Assembly (NCBI GenBank): GCA_963815195.1
Contig: CAWFGE010000019.1
Span: 205,311 to 269,310 of the forward strand
DNA: 64,000 nt
Direction: 5' to 3'
DNA from: an uncultured Planctomycetaceae bacterium
Lineage (GTDB): Bacteria; Planctomycetota; Planctomycetia; Planctomycetales; Planctomycetaceae
Both the position numbers and the translations under genes were made by a program. Of the stretch, positions 1 to 9,415 are shown piece by piece (within the stretch, counting starts at the first letter, position 1; every line of letters begins with the position of its first letter). The notes under the pieces were generated by a model, which made no database searches, was not told the origin of the DNA, and saw nothing but the letters and a program-made list of their open reading frames with translations.

Positions 1-1553
1 CGCTCCACGAAGTCCGGGTGGCTCGTGCCGGTGTCGAAATCGTCGTCGAAGTCGTCGGCCCCTTCATCGAACACGTCGAGATCGTCGAGTTCGTCGTCCT
101 CGCCGACGACATCCTCCACCACGTCGAGGTCGTCTTCAAATCCGTCGGCTTCGTCGAATTCATCGGCTCCGAATTCGTCCCCGGAATCGAATTCGTCGAA
201 GGACTCGTCGAGATCGAACTCGTCCGCGTCTCCGGTCAGATCGAATTCTGCCGAGACGTCGCCCGATTTTTTGACGACCGTCGCCCCGCGGTCGTCCACT
301 TCGTCCTCGTCGTCGAACATGATGACGTTGGTGCCGTCGTGGTCGCTGCCGGGGTTCATCGTGAGTTCAAACTCGCTGTCGTCCTCCATCGCGGGGACAT
401 CCATCGCCGTGTCGTCTCGGTCTTCGATGTTGGCCTTTTGCTTCATCATGGGGATGGTGCGGTCGTCGGCGTCGAGGGCGATGCCGCTGTCTTCGAAGCT
501 TTCGAGGGCGATGCCGCTGTCGGCGGGGCTGAGTTCGATGCCGCTGTCTTCGGCGAGTCCGATGAAATCATCGGACTCGTCATCCATCAGCGAGATGCCG
601 CTGTCGTCGAAGCCTTCGAGCGAGATGCCGCTGTCGTCGGTGGCGAGATGCAAATCGCTGTCGTCGTCCGCGCCGGCCCCGTTGTCGCGGCCTTTCGTGA
701 GGCCGGAGTCGCTGCCGACTTTTTCCAAAGAGATGCCGCTGTCGGCCGCCAAGGTGATGCTGCTGCCGTCGCCCAGGGAGATGCCGCTTTCGTCCTCGTC
801 AAAAACCGAGGCGTCGGTGCCGGCGACTTCGAGGGCGATTCCGCTGCCCGGGGGCGGAGGCACCAAGGTCACGTCGCTGTCGGAGTCCTCTTCCATATCC
901 ATCGCGGGCATGTCGTGTTCCGTCTTGGGCGGTTCGTCGTCCGGCACGAGCTGAACGTCGCTGTCGGAATCGTCGTCCATAATCCGCACGTCGCTGTCGC
1001 TGCCGCCCACGATCAACACGTCGCTGTCGCTGCCGCCCACGAGTTTCACGTCGCTTTCACTGCCGCCGACGAGTTTCACGTCGCTGTCGCTGCCGGGATC
1101 CGTCAGCCCCGCATCGACGAGCCGCACGTCGCTGTCGGAATTGCCCATCGAGAACAGATCCGAGCCGCCGATGTCCGTGAGCAGCTCGTTGGGAATCAAT
1201 TGCACGTCGCTGTCGGAGGACATGCCCACCAGGAAGGGGTCGTCATCGTCGTCATCGTCGAGCGGATTGCTGCCCCGGATGACCGTCGGCTGCTCGCTGA
1301 CGAGATCCTCTTCCTCCATCCCCAAAATCGAACTGCCGGCTTCGAGTTCCTCGTCCGTCAACAGCGGGACGTCGGGGTTCGAGTCGGCTTGCTGCGTGCG
1401 TTTGAGTTCTTCGATGTCGTCGGCTTTGAACTTCCAGGTTCCGCCGTCGGAAAACCCGCGAATCTCACCGCGCTCGCGGAGTTGTTTGAGTTCTTCGACC
1501 GAGACTCCGGCTTCGCGGGCCGCTTCCTCAAGACTTAAATACTTTTTGGCCAT
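1..1553 (-). CDS. N-terminal excisionase/MerR-like HTH protein with a long acidic low-complexity repeat region (3' end outside the window)
   Basis: Not in the ORF track because there is no stop in the window. ATG at 1553 reads MAKKYLSLEEAAREAGVSVEELKQLRERGEIRGFSDGGTWKFK (HTH_17-like), then repeated SDSDV and DSGI(S/A)L motifs and D/E tracts, open to base 1. Confidence 0.85.
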   Translation of the reverse strand, partial: MAKKYLSLEEAAREAGVSVEELKQLRERGEIRGFSDGGTWKFKADDIEELKRTQQADSNPDVPLLTDEELEAGSSILGMEEEDLVSEQPTVIRGSNPLDDDDDDDPFLVGMSSDSDVQLIPNELLTDIGGSDLFSMGNSDSDVRLVDAGLTDPGSDSDVKLVGGSESDVKLVGGSDSDVLIVGGSDSDVRIMDDDSDSDVQLVPDDEPPKTEHDMPAMDMEEDSDSDVTLVPPPPGSGIALEVAGTDASVFDEDESGISLGDGSSITLAADSGISLEKVGSDSGLTKGRDNGAGADDDSDLHLATDDSGISLEGFDDSGISLMDDESDDFIGLAEDSGIELSPADSGIALESFEDSGIALDADDRTIPMMKQKANIEDRDDTAMDVPAMEDDSEFELTMNPGSDHDGTNVIMFDDEDEVDDRGATVVKKSGDVSAEFDLTGDADEFDLDESFDEFDSGDEFGADEFDEADGFEDDLDVVEDVVGEDDELDDLDVFDEGADDFDDDFDTGTSHPDFVE

Positions 1554-2092
1554 TGATTTCCGACTCCAGTTGTTGTGGGAATCCCGTCAGGCGCGAGAAA
1601 AGCAAGGGAGTGTTTTCGATGTATGGAAATGCCGGTGCAGTTTGACAAGATCGGCTCAAGAAACGAACCGCTTGATTGTCCGAGAATGGTGTGTCCATGC
1701 GGGGGAAAGGGGAAAAACCCTCTTCCCCGATAAGAATTCCTTCTCAATCCATTCTAAAGGCCAATGACGCGCTTGCAAGGGCTTTCCCAATCCAAACAGG
1801 CCGAAACGACGGAAATGAAGGCATGATAACACCTTTAGGGAAACCACCCCCCGTTGTGCGAAATACAACGGAGACAAAGTTCCAGCGCCACGTCGACACG
1901 GCGGCATCTTGCCGCCGAAGATCGCTACGGAAAATGGCCGGCGGCTGGAAGCCACCACTACGGAAATTGGCACCGCTTTCCGAGAAACAAGTCCCCAGTT
2001 TTTCTTTGATCGCCTGTTGAATTCGAACGGCGTTCTACGTTTGTCTTCCTGGGAACGGAGGAACCACACGTCAAAAGGCAAAGAGAACCCCC

Positions 2093-3403
2093 ATGTCCTT
2101 TCCATTCGGCTCCAGGATCATCATTCTCTGGCTCGCCATGCCCGGGTTGGCTTTGGCGGAACATCCCCGGCACGAATTGCCTTCGATTCAAACCCTCAAG
2201 ACCTTCCTGGAAGATGGAATTGTCCGGCAAGCGGATCTGGATCAAATACTGGCCGCCGCGAAACAGGCTCGGCTCTTGCATTCCAAAAGTCCGATTCCGG
2301 ATTACGCCCACGGATTGGTGCTCTTGAAGCGAGACGAGTTGGCGAGGGCTCTGGATTGTTTTGAAGCCTCGCTCAAGCGCGACCCCACGTATTTGCCGGC
2401 GTGGAGAGCCAGGCTCCGCACGCGGTTGCTTCGCGGGCAAACCGACTCCTTCCGGGCGGAATGCCTGTCGCTGGCCGAAATCGTCGGCGACGATGCGATG
2501 CCTTGGGAGAGCGAAGACCGTCACGAAGCCGCCGCCTGGCTGGGCCGGATTGCGGGGTTTCTGTCGCTCCCGGAAGTGGAACTCATGCCGGCGAATTCGC
2601 GGGATTATTTCGAATGGATGTTGACCTCGGCCTTTGGAAAGTCGCAGCAATCCGGCGACGCCAATTCCTATTATGCCGCCGGCCGGCAGACTCTGTTGGA
2701 AGATTATGAGCATTTCAAAAAAATCCTTAAGGAAGAGCTTGACGCAAAACTTCATCAGCAGGAAAGCCACCTGGCCGAACTGGAATTTCGCCGGCGGGAA
2801 CTCGAGCAAAGGGCCGAGTCGCTGGAGCGAATCGCGGAGCAGTTGAAAAACCGGCTGGCCGACCGCCGGGAAGACGCCGCCCGGGAGTTGAAAACGCTGG
2901 GCAAGGGCTACGATGCCTTAAATCAGACCAGATGGCGGGTCCTACAACTCATGCGGCAAACCCAACAGGATGTGGTGCGATTGCATCTCGAACTGGCCAC
3001 ACGAGGCATCTTCGGGCTTGAAGCCGAGCGTCAGCCGGTGATGCTTCAACTCCGGCAGGAGCTTCTCAAATATCGCAATCAGTATCTCGTGCTCCAATGG
3101 CAAGGAGCGAACGTGCAAACACAGGGCCGGCGAATCGTCGCGGACCGCGCGGACGCGGCTCGCCGATACGAACTGGTCAAGAAACGAATCGGACATCAGA
3201 TCGAGACGGTCAATCGGCGTCAACAACGATTTCAAACGGAATCGGAAAAAATCCAGGACGAGAGTCAAATCCTGTCGGAAACCTCTTTGCAGCAACAACT
3301 CTCCGATGCGTCCCGCTATTTGGAACTCGACGAACAGGCCGAGCTCGCACGGTTCATCGAACAAGCCGGCCGTCAACAGGCAACACTCGGTTTCTCCCAT
3401 TGA
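2093..3403 (+). CDS. Exported hypothetical protein with a TPR-like region and coiled coil
   Basis: 436-aa ORF; signal-peptide-like N-terminus, TPR-like ALDCFEASLKRDPTYLPAW, long Q/E/R-rich helical C-half. Confidence 0.75.
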   Translation: MSFPFGSRIIILWLAMPGLALAEHPRHELPSIQTLKTFLEDGIVRQADLDQILAAAKQARLLHSKSPIPDYAHGLVLLKRDELARALDCFEASLKRDPTYLPAWRARLRTRLLRGQTDSFRAECLSLAEIVGDDAMPWESEDRHEAAAWLGRIAGFLSLPEVELMPANSRDYFEWMLTSAFGKSQQSGDANSYYAAGRQTLLEDYEHFKKILKEELDAKLHQQESHLAELEFRRRELEQRAESLERIAEQLKNRLADRREDAARELKTLGKGYDALNQTRWRVLQLMRQTQQDVVRLHLELATRGIFGLEAERQPVMLQLRQELLKYRNQYLVLQWQGANVQTQGRRIVADRADAARRYELVKKRIGHQIETVNRRQQRFQTESEKIQDESQILSETSLQQQLSDASRYLELDEQAELARFIEQAGRQQATLGFSH

Positions 3404-3433
3404 ATCTCACACGAATACAAGGAACCCACTCCG

Positions 3434-5288
3434 ATGAAGAAACACTCCCTGTTGCTAACGGCCGGTGCCGCGATCACGTTGGCGTTCGCGCTGGCGGCGA
3501 ATGCCGACCGTTCCGGTCATGACAATCCGCCGGAGTCCCTGTTGGAAAAAGCCGCCCAGGCGGAAGTCCAAGGTTCTTCCGAAACTCGCGATCGGTTGTT
3601 GAACTCGATCGTCAGCGATGCGCCCCACGATCCTCAGGCGCTGGCAGTTGGGCCAGATCCGGCGGGACGGCCAATGGATCCGTTTTTCCGAACTGGCCGA
3701 TCAACTCAGACACGACAAAGCCCTCGACGAATACCGCGAGGTTCGCGAGAAATACGGCGCGACCTCCCGCGAGCAGTTGGATTTGGCCGACTGGTGCCGA
3801 TCGAATCACCTGCCGGAACGAGAACGCGCCCATTTGACCGCCGCCTTGGAACTGTCGGACAATCCCGACGACCCCGCATTGCGGGCAAGGTTGGGATTTC
3901 GGCAGGTCAACGGCCGTTGGCGGACCCAAGCGGGTTTGGAGGAACTTCAGCAAACCCGCACGGAGCACCAAAAAAACCTCAGGACATGGAGGCCCAAAAT
4001 CCAACGACTGTCCGCCCAACTCGACAGCTCGCGAACGGCGATTCGACAAAAGGCCCAGGCGGAGCTGAAAGCGATCTCGGACCGGGCGGCATTGCCGGCC
4101 TTGGAAGCCGTGCTGGGCCACGGGGACTTGGAATCGGGCCGGCTGCTGGTGGAGTTGTTGGGGAAATTTCGTTCCCACCAGGCGGCCGATGTCTTGGGGC
4201 GGGTCGCCGTACTTTCGCCTTGGGACGTTGTTCGGCAAGAAGCCGGGAAACAGTTGCGTTCCCGTCCCTACGGAGCCTACGTTCCGCAACTCTTGGCCTC
4301 GCTGAGCACGCCGGTGGCCGTGAAGACTCAATTGCTGGTGAATGCCAACGGCGTGCAATTGTCGGAGGAGTTTACGCGGGAGACGCAATCGGCCCGCCAG
4401 GTGCTCGACCGTCGCGGCAGAAAATACATTGTTCCCGTGAATCAGGGAGGAACTTCGTCGATCCTGGGATTGATCCGCGACAGGCGCCGCCTGGACCGAG
4501 CCGCCGCCAATGCCGCGCTGGAAGCCCAACTGCAAGCGGCGGCCTCCGAGAGCGCCGTCGATGCGCAGAACGGAAGGATCGACGCTTTGAACGACCGCGT
4601 CTGCGAAGCGCTCGCATCTTCCACGGGGGTCGGGCTGCCGGCCGATCCCACGGAGTGGTGGAAATGGTGGAACGACTACAACCAACTCACAACGGAGGAC
4701 AAGGCCTACCAGCACGTCCAATTTCAAAACGCCGCCGTGGAAATGGTGCCGGTCGGCACGCCGACCGCTTCGCAGGGCAGCGGCTCCGATTTCGGGTCCA
4801 GCTCCAATTCCGGATCGGGCTCCGCGACTCCGCCCCGCGAGTGCCTGGTGGCGGGAACGGCGATCTGGACCGACCGGGGCTCCATGCCCGTGGAAGCGGT
4901 TCAGGTGGGGGATCTCGTGCTGGCCAAAAATCCGGAAACGGGAGAGTTGGACTATCATCCCGTATTGCGGACGACCGTTCGCGAAGCCGAGCCGGTGATG
5001 AAAGTCACCACGCCCGGCCGTTTTCTCCGGGCCACGGGCGGACATACGTTTTGGATCTCCGGCCAAGGCTGGACGAAACTCCGCGACGTGAAACCGGGAC
5101 AGCGATTCCACACCGCCACCGGTCCGGTCGAGATTCAAGAGTTGGAGAATGACGGGACCGAAAAGACTTACAACCTCCTCGTCGCCGATGTCCACACCTA
5201 CTTCGCGGGCGAGGATTTGATTCTCAGCCACGATGTCACCGTGACCCGGCCCGTTGATGCCCAGGTCCCCGGCGTCCTGCTCGATTAG
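3434..5288 (+). CDS. Exported protein with a C-terminal pretoxin-type HINT domain (apparent frameshift near 3630)
   Basis: ORF 3434 gives the signal peptide; ORF 3618-5288 gives the body ending CLVAGTAIWT...VQVGDLVLA...ATGGHTFW...TYNLLVADVHTYFAG...LSHD, a Hint fold. Confidence 0.85.
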
Positions 5289-5355
5289 CCGCAAGCACGC
5301 CGGCGAGCCAACGGCGACAGCCGCGAACGGACCGGGCTTAAGAAATCCCCCCAAG

Positions 5356-5428
5356 ACCCAAGCCCTGAAACAGCGAAACAAGCCTCGGAAAATGGCTTGC
5401 TTCGCTGTTTCAGGGCTTGGGTTCTTTT
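5356..5428 (+). terminator. Long hairpin with T-rich tail after the HINT gene
   Basis: ACCCAAGCCCTGAAACAGCGAAACAAGCC (5356-5384) pairs with 5394-5422 with one mismatch; TCTTTT follows. Confidence 0.7.
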
Positions 5429-5457
5429 CTGTCCGTCCCGCACGCGCCTTTTTTTAA

Positions 5458-5493
5458 TTGTCTATTGACATAGTGAAATAGTACAACAATAAT
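5458..5493 (+). promoter_or_regulatory. Sigma70-type promoter overlapped by a putative GntR/YtrA operator
   Basis: TTGACA (5465-5470), 17-nt spacer, AATAAT (5488-5493); imperfect palindrome TTGTCTATT-N10-AATAGTACAA (5458-5486). Confidence 0.65.
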
Positions 5494-5537
5494 ATGATTG
5501 TTTCGATTCTCTTTGTCGGAAGGATTTCGTCCGCGGC

Positions 5538-5942
5538 ATGTCCCTCACGGTTCAGCTCAACAAGGAAAACGGCATTCCGCTGTATGTGCAGTTGGAGGAG
5601 CAGATCCGGCTGCTCGTGCATCGGGGCGAACTCGTGGCCGGGGATTTGATGCCCACCGTCCGCGAACTCGCGGTGCAACTGGAAATCAACAGCAACACCG
5701 TCGCGAGAGTCTATCGCGACTTGCAGCAGGACGGGATTTTGACGCTTCGCCGCGGAGTCGGCACGTTTGTTTCGCGGGACGCGAAAATCGAACCTTTGCC
5801 CCGGCGGGACCTGAAGATCCTGGAAAAGCAGGCGGACGCGCTGATCGCCACCGGCCTCCGCATGCAATTGACGCCGGTGGAATTACTTCAACTCATCGAA
5901 ACCCGCTGGAAGGAGAACGCCGATGTTCACGGGAAGCAATAA
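5538..5942 (+). CDS. GntR family (YtrA-like) transcriptional regulator
   Basis: PLYVQLEEQI...MPTVRELAVQLEINSNTVARVYRDL...RRGVGTFV; short C-terminal domain. Confidence 0.93.
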   Translation: MSLTVQLNKENGIPLYVQLEEQIRLLVHRGELVAGDLMPTVRELAVQLEINSNTVARVYRDLQQDGILTLRRGVGTFVSRDAKIEPLPRRDLKILEKQADALIATGLRMQLTPVELLQLIETRWKENADVHGKQ

Positions 5943-6789
5943 CGTGATTGCCTGGACTTTGCTGCTGCTCACCGGCCTGGGGTCGGCTTTGGCTTACGAA
6001 CAAGGCGTCCCGCCGGCATTTGTCGCCGGCGGCGCCTTCGCGGGCGTGCTCCTCAGTCTTTCCCCTCGAATCGTCAAGGAATGGGAGCGGGGCGTGCTCT
6101 TGCGGCTGGGCAAGTTCCGCCATGTGCTCCCGCCAGGGATTTCCTGGATCGTGCCCGGCGTGGATGCGATTGCATCCCGCGTGGACATGCGGATTCGCTC
6201 GACCACGTTCTCGGCGGAAAAAACGCTCACGCGGGACACGGTCCCGGTCAACGTCGATGCCGTGATGTTCTGGGTCGTGACCGATGCCCGCCGGGCGATT
6301 CTGGAAGTGGAGGAATACGCGAAGACCGTGGGCTGGGCGGCCCAGACGACATTGCGGGACATCATCGGCAAGGCCGATCTGGTCCGGATGATTTCCGACC
6401 GCGAAAACCTCGATGTGGAACTCCAGCGGGTGATCGACGCGAAGACGAGCGAGTGGGGCATCACAGTGCAGTCGGTGGAGATTCGGGACGTGCGGATTCC
6501 GCCCGGCCTGGAAGATGCGATGAGCCGCAAGGCCCAAGCCGACCGCGAAAAAGAGGCCCGCGTGATCCTCGCGGAGTCCGAGCTGTTGATCGCCGAGCAG
6601 ATGCGGCAGGCGTCGGAAGTTTACAGCAAAAATCCCGTCGCCATGAGGCTTAGGGCCATGAACATGACGTACGAATCGATCAAGGAACGCGGGGCGCTGA
6701 TGGTCGTCCCCAGCGGCATGGCGGATTCCATCAACCCCGGCATCATCGGCATGGCGGCCGCGGGATTCCGGCAGAACGGAGAGGACTAA
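5923..6789 (+). CDS. SPFH/slipin (band 7) family membrane protein
   Basis: EWERGVLLRLGK...LTRDTVPVNVDAV...AQTTLRDIIGK...WGITVQSVEIRDV...AQADREKEA; AGGAG RBS. Confidence 0.93.
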   Translation: MFTGSNNVIAWTLLLLTGLGSALAYEQGVPPAFVAGGAFAGVLLSLSPRIVKEWERGVLLRLGKFRHVLPPGISWIVPGVDAIASRVDMRIRSTTFSAEKTLTRDTVPVNVDAVMFWVVTDARRAILEVEEYAKTVGWAAQTTLRDIIGKADLVRMISDRENLDVELQRVIDAKTSEWGITVQSVEIRDVRIPPGLEDAMSRKAQADREKEARVILAESELLIAEQMRQASEVYSKNPVAMRLRAMNMTYESIKERGALMVVPSGMADSINPGIIGMAAAGFRQNGED

Positions 6790-7370
6790 ATGGACCGCTG
6801 GATTCTCGTCCGATCCAAACGCCTGCACGACCGCCGGGTCGTCACGCCGGAACGAACCGTCGATCGGGCCACGCTGATTCCATTCTTCGATCGCGAAGGC
6901 CGGAGCCAGTCGTTCCTGCTCGTCGATCCCGCATCCTCCGAACTGTTCCTCGGCGCTGGGCGGAATCGGTCCGCGTCCCGTTGTGGGGACCGATCCGCAT
7001 CAAAGACCCTTTGGAAATCCTGGCGGACGACAACATCGAAAACCTTTTGCCGCTTTGGCATTACGATCCTTGGTGGCTGCTGAGAGAACCCCGTTACGAA
7101 GATAACGAATTGGCGGCCGTGCTTCCCGGCACGAACTGCGTCAGCGACCTGGCCGCGGGCACCCAGAGCCTGCTGTTTTCCGGAAACCTCTTGCGGGTTC
7201 GCTGGGTAACTACGAAAACAAAGGATGGATGCCGGACCGACCGCTTTCGATCCTCGATGCTCCCCGAATACAATCGAGTCCCGCGAAGGGAAACAGGGAC
7301 GCGGCGGACCGGCTGGCAGTTGGCCCCGTTTTGGGAATCTTCCGGGCGGAATTCTCGTGAACCGTTTTGA
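6790..7370 (+). CDS. Hypothetical protein (apparent frameshift near 6975)
   Basis: ATG immediately after the slipin stop; two overlapping ORFs 6790-7083 and 6981-7370 read as one plausible protein. Confidence 0.5.
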
Positions 7371-7439
7371 AATGTGCCGCGTTAACAAAGACCACAGTCC
7401 GAGTGCAAACCAATCACTCTCTCAGGAAAGGATAACACG

Positions 7440-9321
7440 ATGCTTACGAGACATGTTCTGCGATTGATGTTGCTGGCCGTCCTTGCGGTGACATGGATGC
7501 AAAGCCCCATTGTCTTCGCCCAAGCCGACGCGAAGGCGGAAGACAAAAAAGAAGCGAAACAGGAAAAGAAGACCCCCACGAAAGTCGTGGTGCCGGTGTT
7601 TTCGCTGTCGTCGTCGATCACGGAAAAGCCCGCGGCGGAGGAGCTGATGTTCGCCACGAGCGGGAAGCCGGAATCGTTTTTGTCCTTTACCGAACGATTG
7701 CGGAAAGCGGTCGATGACGATGAGGTGAAGGGTGTCGTCTTCCTTTCGGGCCATGCGAGCTTCGGGATCGCCCAGACCGAGGAATTGCATCAGATCATGG
7801 CCGATCTCAAGAAGGCCGGCAAAAAGATCTACGCCCACGCCGACGACCTGGACACCAGGCGGTTTGTGCTCTTTTCCGGGGCGACGCATTTGGCGGTGTC
7901 TCCCACCGGGCATCTGTTTGTGACGGGAATCTACGGCGAGCAGCTTTATCTGCGGGGCTTGTTCGACCGCATTCGCGTCAAGCCGGATTTCCTTACTTGC
8001 GGAGCGTATAAAAGCGCTGCCGAGATGTTCATGCGAAAATCCGCCTCGCCCGAAGCCAAGGAAATGTACGGCTGGCTTTACGATGGGCTTTACGATTCTT
8101 ACCTCACCGCGATCGCCGACGGCCGCGGCGTGAAGAAAGCCAAGGCCCGCGAGTGGATCGATCAGGGTTTGTACTCCGCCGAGTCCGCGACCAAAGCCGG
8201 CTTGATCGATGCCGCCGAGTACCCGCAAGACTTCGAAGCCCGCATCCGCAAGGACCTGGGCGAAGGCATGGAGTTCGATCATCGTTACGGCAAGAAAAAG
8301 AAGAAGGAGATCGACCTCTCCAACCCGTTCGCGGCCCTGCAAATTTGGGCGGAACTGCTCAGCGGGGGGAAGAAAGCGGAGTCCACCAAAAACGCGGTCG
8401 CGGTGGTTTATGTGGAAGGCGCGATCATGCCCGGCAAAGGCACGCCGTCGCTGTTCGGCGATTCCGAAGCGGCGTACAGCGATCCCATCCGCAAGGCCTT
8501 GGACAAGGTCGCGGACGACAAATCGATCAAAGCGGTCGTGCTGCGGGTGGATTCGCCCGGCGGATCCGTCGTCGCCAGCGAACTGATTCTCAATGCGACC
8601 CAGCGGGTGAAAAAGAACAAGCCGCTGATCGTTTCGATGGGCAACGTCGCCGGCAGCGGGGGTTATTATGTCTCCTGCGGCACGGACACGATCTTCGCCG
8701 AGCCGGGCACGATCACCGGGTCCATCGGCGTCCTCACGGGCAAGCTTGCGACGCAACAGATGTGGGACCAGATCGGCATCAACTTCGAGCCGCGGGCCCG
8801 CGGCAAACGGCGCCGCCTTGCTCAGCTCCGCGTCGACCTTTACCGACGAGGAGCGGGCCGACCTGCAAAAATGGATGGACGAAGTTTACGAAGACTTCAA
8901 AGACCACGTGCTCGCGGTCCGCAAAGATCGGCTCACGAAACCGTTGGACGAACTCGCCGAGGGCCGGGTCTTCACCGGCAAGCAGGCTCTGGAATATGGC
9001 CTGGTCGACAAGCTCGGCGGCCTGAACGATGCGATCAAATTCGCCGCGAAACAAGCCAAGGTGGAAGATTACGAAGTCCGCGTCGTGCCCGAAACCAAGA
9101 GCTTTTTTGAAATCCTGGCGGAGGATTTGAGCGGCGAGACCAAAGAGAGCGACAAGCACCTGCGCCTGGGTGCGGGTGGCTCCCTGTGGGACGCCGTGCT
9201 GCCGATGCTCAAAGGCCTCGACCCCCACCGCGTCCGCGCGGTCCACCGAGCCATCCAGCAACTCGAGATCATCCAGCAAGAGCGGATGTCGCTCTCGATG
9301 CCGATCCTCAATTTGGAATAG
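7440..9321 (+). CDS. sppA: Signal peptide peptidase SppA, long form, S49 family (apparent frameshift near 8805)
   Basis: GAYKSAAEMF, AVVLRVDSPGGS, VSMGNVAGSGGYYVSC, TITGSIGV, and in the second frame AEGRVFTGKQALEYGLVDKLGG. Confidence 0.93.
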
Positions 9322-9341
9322 CGGCGGGCGACGACGGCTTC

Positions 9342-9381
9342 GAAATCCAGGCGAAGCGCCGCGGCGCTTCGCCTGGATTTC
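9342..9381. terminator. Perfect 40-bp palindrome between convergent genes, likely bidirectional terminator
   Basis: GAAATCCAGGCGAAGCGCCG/CGGCGCTTCGCCTGGATTTC. Confidence 0.7.
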
Positions 9382-9415
9382 TTGTTTTGCGCCTTCCGAG
9401 GCAATCGAACGAGGG

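Noticed and set aside
18..1538. Long + strand ORFs (506 aa and 309 aa)
   Set aside because: Antisense shadows of the acidic repeat gene on the minus strand.
4840..5240. HINT domain as a classical intein or polymorphic toxin
   Set aside because: No terminal Asn, no substantial C-extein or toxin domain, and no immunity gene.
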